From a virus, in IMG/VR virus record IMGVR_UViG_3300049847_000494, positions 1 through 64,000 of that record: a stretch of 64,000 nucleotides of DNA. One strand, given 5' to 3'. Under the pieces are notes generated by a model. It saw only the letters and a program-made list of their open reading frames with translations. It was not told the origin of the DNA and did not search any database. A program made the position numbers and the translations under genes. Of this stretch, positions 1 through 9,300 are shown in pieces (positions within the stretch are counted from its first letter, which is position 1; each line of letters opens with the position of its first letter).

Positions 1-936
1 CCTGGAAGCGGTGGTGGTGGTGGTGGTGGTGGCGGTGCTCTTGGTAGTTACAAGTTGGATAATGGCGCAGTTGGTTCTGGTGGTGGTGGCGGTGGTGGAG
101 CAGGCGGCACTGGTTGCGAATCAGTTTTAGTAAACTTAGCTGTAACACCTGGTGCTTTTTATGGTATAACAATAGGAGTTGGTGGTATACCTGGAACTGG
201 CGGGGCTGGTGCTCCTGCTGGATCCGGAGCAGGCGCCAGCCAAAGCGGCACAAATGGCGGGAATGGTGGTAATGGAAGTATATCTTCGTTTGGTACCAGT
301 ACCAAATTTGGTTATAGTACTACAATAGGTGGTTTAGGCGGATCTGGTGGTACGGGTGGAATAACACCAGGACCTAATAGTAGTGGTCCTGGTCCAGGAG
401 GTTCTGGAGGATCAGCAAACTTAAATTACGGCGGTGTTGTGGTTAGTAGTCAAGGTTTGATATTAAAAAATCAAAGTACATCGGGTGGTAATGGTGGCTT
501 TGGTGGAGGTACTGGTAGCACAGCTAGTAGCTGGAATGGTGGTAATGGTGGCACCAGCACGGCTAGTGCCCACAACATTTATGCAAATAGTAGTGTACCT
601 GGCGCTGGTGGTGGTACAGGCACAGCAGGTTTTGTTAATATTCTAGGTGGTACTGGTGGTGGCGGTGCTGGTGGTGCTGGTGGTGTGGGAGATGAAATTT
701 TTAACCTATTTTTAGGTGGTGTTGTTAGTACAGGTGGCGATGGAGGGGCTGGAGGAAATGGTGATGGTTTCAATGGTTCTTCGGGTGTAACAGGTACTAA
801 CGGGCGTGGTGGCGGTGGTGGCGGTGGTGGCGGTGGTCGCGGTGGATTTCATATTGGTGGGCAATCTGCCGCTGGAGCAGGTGCTCCTGGAGGATCAGGA
901 TCTAACGGATTAATCATGCTAATTTGGCAGGTTTAA
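1..936 (+). CDS. Glycine-rich tail fibre/adhesin protein, 5' truncated by the window edge
   Basis: Frame is open from base 1. Poly-Gly blocks with VTPGAFYGITIGVGG and C-terminal GSNGLIMLIW; paralogous to the next ORF. Confidence 0.7.
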   Translation, partial: PGSGGGGGGGGGALGSYKLDNGAVGSGGGGGGGAGGTGCESVLVNLAVTPGAFYGITIGVGGIPGTGGAGAPAGSGAGASQSGTNGGNGGNGSISSFGTSTKFGYSTTIGGLGGSGGTGGITPGPNSSGPGPGGSGGSANLNYGGVVVSSQGLILKNQSTSGGNGGFGGGTGSTASSWNGGNGGTSTASAHNIYANSSVPGAGGGTGTAGFVNILGGTGGGGAGGAGGVGDEIFNLFLGGVVSTGGDGGAGGNGDGFNGSSGVTGTNGRGGGGGGGGGGRGGFHIGGQSAAGAGAPGGSGSNGLIMLIWQV

Positions 937-939
937 TTT

Positions 940-1869
940 ATGACTATTAAAATATTCACTACTTCTAGTAGTTGGGTATGTCCTGCTGGTATCTCTGTTG
1001 CCTCTATCCACATCAGAGGAGGTGCCGGTGGAGGTGCCGGTGGAGGTGGTGGTGGTAGTGGGTTCTCCTCTTCCCCAGGTGGGGGTGGAGGCGGGGGTAC
1101 AGGAGCTGCTGCAGGTGGCGCTTGTCAATCAGTAAAATTCAGAATAACTGTTATACCAGGATCCACATATACAGTTACTATTGGCGCAGGTGGTTCGGGT
1201 GGTACAGGCGGTTCTGCTGGTACCATTGGTACAGCAGGTAACAATGGTGGAGACTCTGAAGTATTATTAGGGTCCATAGTGATAATTCGTGGTGCTGGTG
1301 GTGCTGGTGGTGGCTTTTCTTATCCAGGTAACTCTGCAACCTCATCGAGCGGAGCATCCAGTGGATCTGCTACTTTAAATAGTGCATCTTCAGGATCCAG
1401 GGAACTTATACAGGGTGTAGCTGGGGTTATAGGTAGCTACGGTAGTGATTTTGATATTGGAAACAGTGCACCACTTAATCCAGTTCAACAAAAGGAAATA
1501 CGTCATGGTACTATAATGCCTTTAGGTGTATCTGGATTACAAGGTTTAAACGTTACTGCTCTAGGTGGTGGTGGTGCTGGTGGTGCTGGTGGTTCATCTG
1601 GTATGGGAGATGAATTTCAGTTTTTTGGTTTAGTATTACCTACAGGTGGTGGTGGTGGATCTGGTGGGTCAGGTAGTAATGCTCACAACGGAACAGCTCT
1701 AATAGCTACTGCAGGTACCGCAGGTACTTCAGGGACAGGAGGGCGCGGTGGTGGCGGTGGTGGCGGTGGTGGTGGTGGTGGTGCCTATGTATCAACAGCC
1801 ACTATCAACGGCGGCTCTGGTGGAGCTGGTGGAGCTGGTAGTAATGGGTTAGTAATAATAGAATACTAG
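940..1869 (+). CDS. Glycine-rich adhesin/tail fibre protein (309 aa)
   Basis: FTTSSSWVCPAGI, VIPGSTYTVTIGAGG and GSNGLVIIEY are typical of phage glycine-rich domains. Confidence 0.7.
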   Translation: MTIKIFTTSSSWVCPAGISVASIHIRGGAGGGAGGGGGGSGFSSSPGGGGGGGTGAAAGGACQSVKFRITVIPGSTYTVTIGAGGSGGTGGSAGTIGTAGNNGGDSEVLLGSIVIIRGAGGAGGGFSYPGNSATSSSGASSGSATLNSASSGSRELIQGVAGVIGSYGSDFDIGNSAPLNPVQQKEIRHGTIMPLGVSGLQGLNVTALGGGGAGGAGGSSGMGDEFQFFGLVLPTGGGGGSGGSGSNAHNGTALIATAGTAGTSGTGGRGGGGGGGGGGGGAYVSTATINGGSGGAGGAGSNGLVIIEY

Positions 1870-1917
1870 GTGTCAGCATTCAAAGGTTATTTGATCAAAA
1901 GGTTTAGGTAGTTTTAG

Positions 1918-3171
1918 ATGGCTTTTATTCAGAAAATATACGACAACGGATTATCGCAGTTTGTATATTACACAAAAGCCATAGTTACAGCTACACCATT
2001 AACCACAGAAACCACACCAAACCACTCAGGTAGTTTAGACGCATCTACCCATGTTATTATAGGTGAAACAGGGGCTAACTTTTTAGTAAAAGACGAAGGT
2101 AATGACATAACAGTCAATACCAGGTCACTTAACTTCGTCGGCGCAGATATAACAGCTACAGCTAGTTTGGATGCAGTAACAGTAACTGTTGCAGGTTCAG
2201 GTTTAGCAGGTTCACATGCTGGTACCCACATATCTGGCGCGGTTGATCCTATAGATGGTGATAAGTTAGATATTGATTACACTCCAACAGCTTATACCAG
2301 AACGCTAGCTAGCGGTTTTTCAACAGCTACCACCCAACTAACATCTCATTTAAAAGGTATAGATAATTACTTATTAAGTATACCTTATGCCGGTGAAACG
2401 AACACAGCAAGTAACGTTGGTACTGGTACTGGTTGGTGGAAAACTAAGTTAGGTGTAGACCTTCAATTTAAATCAGCTTTAGCTGGTTACGGTCTAACGA
2501 TTACTTCAGGTACTAATGAAAACACTACCGCACTAAAAACTACAGTTACCACACTTACAGATGCTGCCACGATAGCAATAGATGCTGATGCTGGTCCTCA
2601 TTATCAAGTTACAGTAGCTGGTAATAGAATGCTCGGTAACCCCACAAATACAGCCGTAGGGAAAAAGATAGAAATACTTCTTACACAAGATTCTTCTGGT
2701 AATAGAAGACTTAGCTTTGATACTGATTGGATTCCAGTAAGTAAAATTTATCAAGTAGCACTAACGCCCAATACAGTTAGTGTTATTACAGCGATAGCCC
2801 GTGGTGGATCCACTAAGTGGTATTACACAATTGAACATTCTGAAGATACTGAAATAACAGCAACGGCGGTTACTTCTAATCAAAACAGTTGGGCACCTGA
2901 TGGTAAGGGTTTTGCGAATTTAATAAGAGCTTCAAGTGATAATAACACACGCGAGATTAGAGGTATTACCACACCTGTTCAAGGTACGGAAAATACCAGC
3001 TTTACCCTGGTATTAACTGGTAGTTTTTATTTACAGCTTAAGCATGAAAGTGCTTCTGCTGCAACAGCATCAAATAGATTATTATTACCTAACGGTGATC
3101 TAACCCTAGTTCCTAATGATGTTGTTACATTCCAATATGATTTTACTTCATTAAGGTGGCGCATAAAGTAA
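1918..3171 (+). CDS. Modular tail fibre/virion protein (417 aa)
   Basis: Thr/Ala/Gly-rich; shares the GExNTASNVGTG...TLTDAATIAID...GNR.L.NPTN module and the C-terminal YD.T..RWR module with the next gene. Confidence 0.65.
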   Translation: MAFIQKIYDNGLSQFVYYTKAIVTATPLTTETTPNHSGSLDASTHVIIGETGANFLVKDEGNDITVNTRSLNFVGADITATASLDAVTVTVAGSGLAGSHAGTHISGAVDPIDGDKLDIDYTPTAYTRTLASGFSTATTQLTSHLKGIDNYLLSIPYAGETNTASNVGTGTGWWKTKLGVDLQFKSALAGYGLTITSGTNENTTALKTTVTTLTDAATIAIDADAGPHYQVTVAGNRMLGNPTNTAVGKKIEILLTQDSSGNRRLSFDTDWIPVSKIYQVALTPNTVSVITAIARGGSTKWYYTIEHSEDTEITATAVTSNQNSWAPDGKGFANLIRASSDNNTREIRGITTPVQGTENTSFTLVLTGSFYLQLKHESASAATASNRLLLPNGDLTLVPNDVVTFQYDFTSLRWRIK

Positions 3172-3180
3172 GGTGGTAGT

Positions 3181-6100
3181 ATGTCCTTCATTCGTAGATT
3201 TGTCCAGCAAGATCATGATCTAGTTTTAGATACATCAGCTGTTGCAATTGATAACGTATTCAACACGTTTTCAAGTGTAGTTACTGCTGCTAATGCACGT
3301 AACGGTTTAACTAGGGTTAAGCTTACACAAAGTGTAACGGTAAGTAGCGGGTCTTATGACCTATCCAGGATTATCTTTGTAGGCGATTTTGACGTAGTAC
3401 CTGTCCTTACACTAAGTGGTACTACCACTGTTACAGGAAATCCTCCTAGAGAGCTTGTTAACGTTTCATTAGAAAACGGCAAAACTTCCGCATTATGGAC
3501 ACTTACCCTAGCTGCACAGATGACACTACGTGGGTTAGCTGCTATTGGCGGATCCTCAACAAGTCCTCTTATTGAATTAGACGGCAAGAACTTTGATTTA
3601 TATTTTGAAGATGGTGCTAGCTTTGCTACTACACCTTCTGGCTTTGGTGTGGTTAATAACGCTAATGCGACTACTTCAATAGTCTACTTCAAAAACAACA
3701 GCGTGTCAACACCTGATGTTAACGCTATCGCGGTTTCTGGTGCTGGTACCATGGACCTCAGGTACTTCCCTATCTCTGGGAATTTGACACATGTAGAACT
3801 ATCAACATTATTTACCACAGTAAATGCTTCACTATATAAGCAACAAGCTTACACCGTCAGCCCAGCACAGATTACAGCTACAGCAAACAACTATGCAACC
3901 GTTGGATTAGAACACGCTAACGTCTTACGGATTACATCCAATGCCGCTTACGATATTACGGGCTTTGCTGCAACTAACGCCGGTACGGGTTGGTTTAATC
4001 CATATAAACTAGTAGTAAACTCTGGAAGTTTTGCTCTTACAATCAAGCACCAAAATGCTGGATCTACTGCAAGTAACCGATTTATTACCACCAGCGGTTC
4101 TGACCTTGTGCTGTCAGCAAATGGTGGATCAGCTATTATCTATTATGATCCTACTGATTCGCGCTGGCGTGCTTTCAGTGTAAGTATTACTTCTGCAGGT
4201 GAAGTCAATACTGCAAGTAACGTTGGTACCGGTGCTGGTCTTATTTTCAAGCAAAAGACTGGTGTTGACCTAGAGTTTAAGAGGATCGCAGCTGGATATG
4301 CTGTATCAGTAACAAACGGTACCAGCGATGTAACCATTTCTCGTAGTACTGTAGTAACCACCCTTACAGATGGTGCATCGATTGCTGTAGATGCTGACTT
4401 GGGTCCCAACTACATGGTTACCTTAGGTGGTAACCGTACACTAAGTAACCCTACTAACGCGGCTGTGGGTAAAGAGCTATGGATCGCGGTAGCACAAGAT
4501 GGTACTGGTGGTAGGACACTTACTTTTGATACTAACTTTATTTCGGCTGACGGTTATACAACCCTCAATCCAACGGCTTCTGCTGTTAGTATTGTCCATG
4601 CTATAGCGCGGGATTTTGGTGGTGGTGTAAAGTGGTACTACACTGTAACATCAACAAGTGAGACGTTAGGGGAAGTAAATACTGCCAGTAACGTTGGTAC
4701 TGGTGCTACCACATTCAAGCAAAAAACTGGTTTTGACTTAGAGTTTAAGACTTCATTAGCTGGTTATGGTGCAGCGGTTACATCTGGTACGAATGAGAAT
4801 ACTTTTGCAATTAAAACTGCTGTTACTACTCTTACAGATGCAGCTACGATTGCTGTAGACGGTGCAGTAGGACCTAACTACATGGTTACTTTAGGTGGTA
4901 ACCGTACTTTAGGAAATCCTACTAACGCTGCTGTTGGTCAGCATATTGAAATAGTAATCGTTCAAGATGGTACTGGTGGTAGAACATTAGCTTTTGCGTC
5001 TGATTGGATACCTGTAGATGGTACAACTTACCTTAACCCTACAGCAGGAGCACCAAGCTATTTATATGCGGCTGCTCGTGATTTTGGTGGTGGTGTAAAA
5101 TGGTACTTTACACTAAACCATACCTTGGATACAGCTGGTGGTGAGAGTAATACTGCTTCAAACGTTGGAACTGGTACTGGTTTAGTCTTCAAGCAAAAGA
5201 CAAGCGTTGACTTAGAGTTCCGTAGTTTACTTGCTGGTTATGGTATTTCAGTAACCAATAATACCAGTGATATTACATTAGCTCAGAAAACAGCTGTTAC
5301 TACACTTACTGATGGTGCCACTATAGCGATTGATGCTGCTGTTGGTCCTAACTATGAAGTAACTATAGCTGGTAACCGTACTCTTAGCAATCCAACTAAT
5401 GGTGTTGCTGGTCAAATACTAATTATCGGTGTAAAGCAGGACGCTACAGGAAGTAGAACTTTAGCTTTCGATACTGATTTTATTGCATCTGGTCAGTTAT
5501 TCCAAGTAGCTCAAGCAGCAAGCGCGGTTAGCATGGTTGTAGCTGAAGCTCGTAGCTTTGGTGGTACATTAAAGTGGTATTATACAATTCACCATGGTGA
5601 GCCTACTTATCAGATTACACCTTCACAGCTTTTAGCTGTAGCTGCAACTGGTACACTAACATCAACAGCTAACTTTGCTAACGGTGAAACGGTTACCACG
5701 GGTACTAAGACCTATACCTTCCAAACGTCTCTGACTAACGTTGACGGTAACGTACTTATTGGTGGTAGTACAGCGGCTTCTCTATCTAATTTGATAGCAG
5801 CTATTAACTTAGGTGCTGGTTCTGGTACTGTTTATGCTGCAGCTACATCAGCTAACGGGTTCGTATCAGCATCAACAGGTGCTGGTACGAGTATGAACGT
5901 TACGGCTCTTGTAGCAGGTTCAGCGGGTAATACCATAGCTACTACAGAAACTGGGGCGAATGCTTCTTGGGGTGGTTCCACTCTAAGTGGTGGGGCTCAA
6001 AGCACCACAGATTATAATCCTACTAACTTTTCGGCGGCTACCACACTAAGAGTTAGTACTGATACTTCCCATAATCTACTTGGTATGGTTGGTACAGCTG

Positions 6101-6282
6101 CTCAGAGTCGCAAGAAGATTATAAACGTTGGGTCATTTAACTTAGTAATCAAACATCAGGATACAGGAGCTACTGCAGCTAATCGATTTATCTGCCAAGG
6201 TAGCTTAGATGTAACGATGTTACCAGATGATGCTTTAGATTTCGAATATGACAAGACAGCTTCACGCTGGCGTCTAGTCTAA
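3181..6282 (+). CDS. Modular tail fibre protein (1033 aa)
   Basis: Three tandem copies of a ~155-aa module and two copies of the KHQ...NRF...RWR module. Confidence 0.7.
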   Translation: MSFIRRFVQQDHDLVLDTSAVAIDNVFNTFSSVVTAANARNGLTRVKLTQSVTVSSGSYDLSRIIFVGDFDVVPVLTLSGTTTVTGNPPRELVNVSLENGKTSALWTLTLAAQMTLRGLAAIGGSSTSPLIELDGKNFDLYFEDGASFATTPSGFGVVNNANATTSIVYFKNNSVSTPDVNAIAVSGAGTMDLRYFPISGNLTHVELSTLFTTVNASLYKQQAYTVSPAQITATANNYATVGLEHANVLRITSNAAYDITGFAATNAGTGWFNPYKLVVNSGSFALTIKHQNAGSTASNRFITTSGSDLVLSANGGSAIIYYDPTDSRWRAFSVSITSAGEVNTASNVGTGAGLIFKQKTGVDLEFKRIAAGYAVSVTNGTSDVTISRSTVVTTLTDGASIAVDADLGPNYMVTLGGNRTLSNPTNAAVGKELWIAVAQDGTGGRTLTFDTNFISADGYTTLNPTASAVSIVHAIARDFGGGVKWYYTVTSTSETLGEVNTASNVGTGATTFKQKTGFDLEFKTSLAGYGAAVTSGTNENTFAIKTAVTTLTDAATIAVDGAVGPNYMVTLGGNRTLGNPTNAAVGQHIEIVIVQDGTGGRTLAFASDWIPVDGTTYLNPTAGAPSYLYAAARDFGGGVKWYFTLNHTLDTAGGESNTASNVGTGTGLVFKQKTSVDLEFRSLLAGYGISVTNNTSDITLAQKTAVTTLTDGATIAIDAAVGPNYEVTIAGNRTLSNPTNGVAGQILIIGVKQDATGSRTLAFDTDFIASGQLFQVAQAASAVSMVVAEARSFGGTLKWYYTIHHGEPTYQITPSQLLAVAATGTLTSTANFANGETVTTGTKTYTFQTSLTNVDGNVLIGGSTAASLSNLIAAINLGAGSGTVYAAATSANGFVSASTGAGTSMNVTALVAGSAGNTIATTETGANASWGGSTLSGGAQSTTDYNPTNFSAATTLRVSTDTSHNLLGMVGTAAQSRKKIINVGSFNLVIKHQDTGATAANRFICQGSLDVTMLPDDALDFEYDKTASRWRLV

Positions 6283-6310
6283 TCACTTCAGTTATTTCAA
6301 GAGGTTTCCT

Positions 6311-9300
6311 ATGAGTTTCATGAGACGCTTTACAGATGCAACGGTTACTACCCTAACTGATGCCTCTACGATAGCTATAGATGTTTCTACCGGACCTAAT
6401 TTTATGGTTACGTTGGGTGGTAATAGGACACTAGGAAACCCTACTAATTCTACAGCTACTAAAGAAATTTGGTTAGCTGTTTCCCAGGATGGAACTGGTG
6501 GGAGAACACTATCTTTTAGTTCTGACTGGGTAGCTGTTGACAGTACTACCACTATTAATACTACAGCTAGTGCTGTTAGCTTAGTCTATGCTATAGCCAG
6601 AGATTTTGGTGGTGGAGTTAAGTGGTACTATACTGTACAGCATGCAGCTGAAACAGGAGGTGTTACTGGTCCTGGTTCTTCAACTAATACTGGTATAGCC
6701 ACATGGAATGGTACAACAGGTACTGTTCTACTTAATAACAATCTGACTATATCAGGACAGACAATATCAGCACCAAATGCTGGAACTGCCTCTGCTATTA
6801 ATATTACTGGAGGTACTTCAACAACATCTGCTAGTGCTGGTGGTACTGTAGCTATTACAGGTGGAACACCAGGTGCAACAGGTATTGGTGGTGCTATTAC
6901 ATTAGCTGGGGGTCAAGGAGGATCAAGCAGCGGCGGAGGTGGATCTGTAACTGTGGCTGCTGGTGATGGTTTTAGTGGAGGCGGTGGTGGAGCTGGTGGC
7001 ACTTTGACGCTTAGAGGAGGAGCTGGTCAGGTAGCTGTTGGTGGCGCCATAACTCTTGAGGGAGGAGCAGCTGTTGGGGCAAACGGAGGTCAGGCTACGG
7101 TTAGGGGTGGTACTGGTAACAGTGGTGGTGGAGTCACTATCAAAGGCAGGGACGCTTCAGGCGGATCTGGTGGATCTGTAGACATAAGTGCAGGCAACGG
7201 AACGACGACTAATAGTGGCGGATTTCTAACCCTGTCTGCAGGTAATGGTGGATCTACTACAGGGCAGGGAGGGTTAGCTTCTCTAACAGGCGGAAACGCT
7301 ACTAATGGTCCAGCTGGAAGTGCAAGCGTAGTAGGAGGGACTAGCACAACAGGTGCTGGCGGGCAGGTAAACATTACAGGCGGCTCGGGGAGCACTGGTG
7401 GTAGCGTAGTTATTTCAACGTCAGTAGGATCTGTAAATATCACACCTGCTTCCAATTTTGGTGTCACTGCTGTTGGAACAGTAAGCATAACTTCGGGTCC
7501 TGGTGCAACTACAACAATAGCTGCTGGCAACCAAAGTTCGTCTGGTTCAGGTGGAGCTATTTCTATTTCAGCAGGTACATCTGGTTCTAGCAGTGGTGAT
7601 GGTGGTAACATTACACTGGTAGGTGGTAACTGTAATAGTGGCAGTGGTGTAGGTGGCACAGTAACAATACGTGGTGGTGATACAAGTACAGGAACTACAG
7701 GAGGGGCTTTATCGTTAACAGGAGGGAACGGGAATGGTAATTTCTCAGGAGGAGTAGTCACACTAACAGGTGGTACTGGTGGAACTGTTGCTAATGGTGG
7801 TGCTATTACATTAGCTGGCGGATTAGGTGGTGGTGGTGGTGGTGGTGGTGGATCAACAACACTACGTGGTGGAAATGCTACAGGTAGTAATGGTGCAGGA
7901 GGTTCTGTAAGCATCACAGGTGGTGCCCCAGTAGGAACGGGTGCCCCTGGCACAGTTACAATTGCGGGTGCTTCTGCTACAGGTGCTACAATTGCTGGTG
8001 CTGCTGTCACTATTAACTCAGGGGCTGGTAACACAAGTGGTGCTGGTGGTCTATTAACAGTACAATCAGGCCAGGGTGGTTCTACAGGAACGGGTGGCGC
8101 TCTTACATTAACAGCAGGTGCAGGTGGATCTACTTCAGGGGCTGGTGGTGCCACTACCATAAAGGGTGGTAATGCTACTACTTCAGGAGCTGGGGGTGTA
8201 TTAAACCTGCAGGGAGGAACGGGTGTTGGTACCAACCAAAATGGTGGTAATATAGTAATAGCTGGTGGTATTTCCACGGGTACTGGGTCTGATGGTTCAC
8301 TATTAATATCAACAACTAATGCTAAAGCCACAAGATTAGCCTTCTTACAAGGATCAACCCCAGTAGGTACTGCAGTTGCAAATACAATATCAGTTTATGC
8401 TCCTTCATCAGTTACAGCTCACAATTTAATACTACCTGGTACACAGGGTGGATCAAATACAGTACTAACTAATAATGGATCAGGTACACTAAGTTGGGGT
8501 ACACCAAGTGGTGTTACTGGTCCTGGTTCTTCAACTAATACTGGTATAGCCACATGGAATGGTACAACAGGTACTGTTCTACTTGATAACAATCTGACTA
8601 TATCAGGACAGACAATAACAGCACCAAATGCAGCCACAGCTTCACAAGTTAATATTACTGGAGGCACTGCTACAACATCAGCAAATAATGGTGGTGCTGT
8701 AAACATTACAGGTGGAACACCCGGATCAACAGGCGCTGCTGGTGGAGCTATAACAATTATAGGTGGCGTTGGTGGGACTACTTCTGGTGCTGGTGGTCAA
8801 GTAACAATAAGGGGAGGAAACTCCACCACTGATGGTAATGGTGGTACACTATTCCTACGTGGTGGAACTGGAGCTGGAGCCACCACAGGTAATGCTGGTA
8901 ATATATTCATCAATACTATTGATGGAACTTCTCCACTGGTTCTTTCTGGTCCTCTTGGATTAGCTTCATCTGTGGCTATATTTGGTGGTACTGCTGGGTC
9001 TACTGGTGGTAATGGTGGTACTGCATTAATTCAAGGTGGTGGTGGTAGCGCTAGTGGTGGTGTTGGTGGTGATGTAACCTTACGTGGTGGTGATGGAGTA
9101 AGCGCATCTGGTGGAGTGCTAAATCTACAGGGTGGCACTGCTGGTAGTGGCAGTCAGCAGGGTGGCAGCATATTTATTAATACCACTAATGGAAGTTCAT
9201 CATTAGTTCTTTCTACAGGAGCAGCAGCTGGATCTTCTGTAGCTATATTTGGTGGTGGTGGTGGTCCTACAGGAACTGGTGGTACTGCACGTTTTCAAGG

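Noticed and set aside
6659-8631. 122-bp repeat as a DGR template/variable pair
   Set aside because: Only two mismatches, not adenine-specific in one direction; both copies are in one ORF; no reverse transcriptase in the window.
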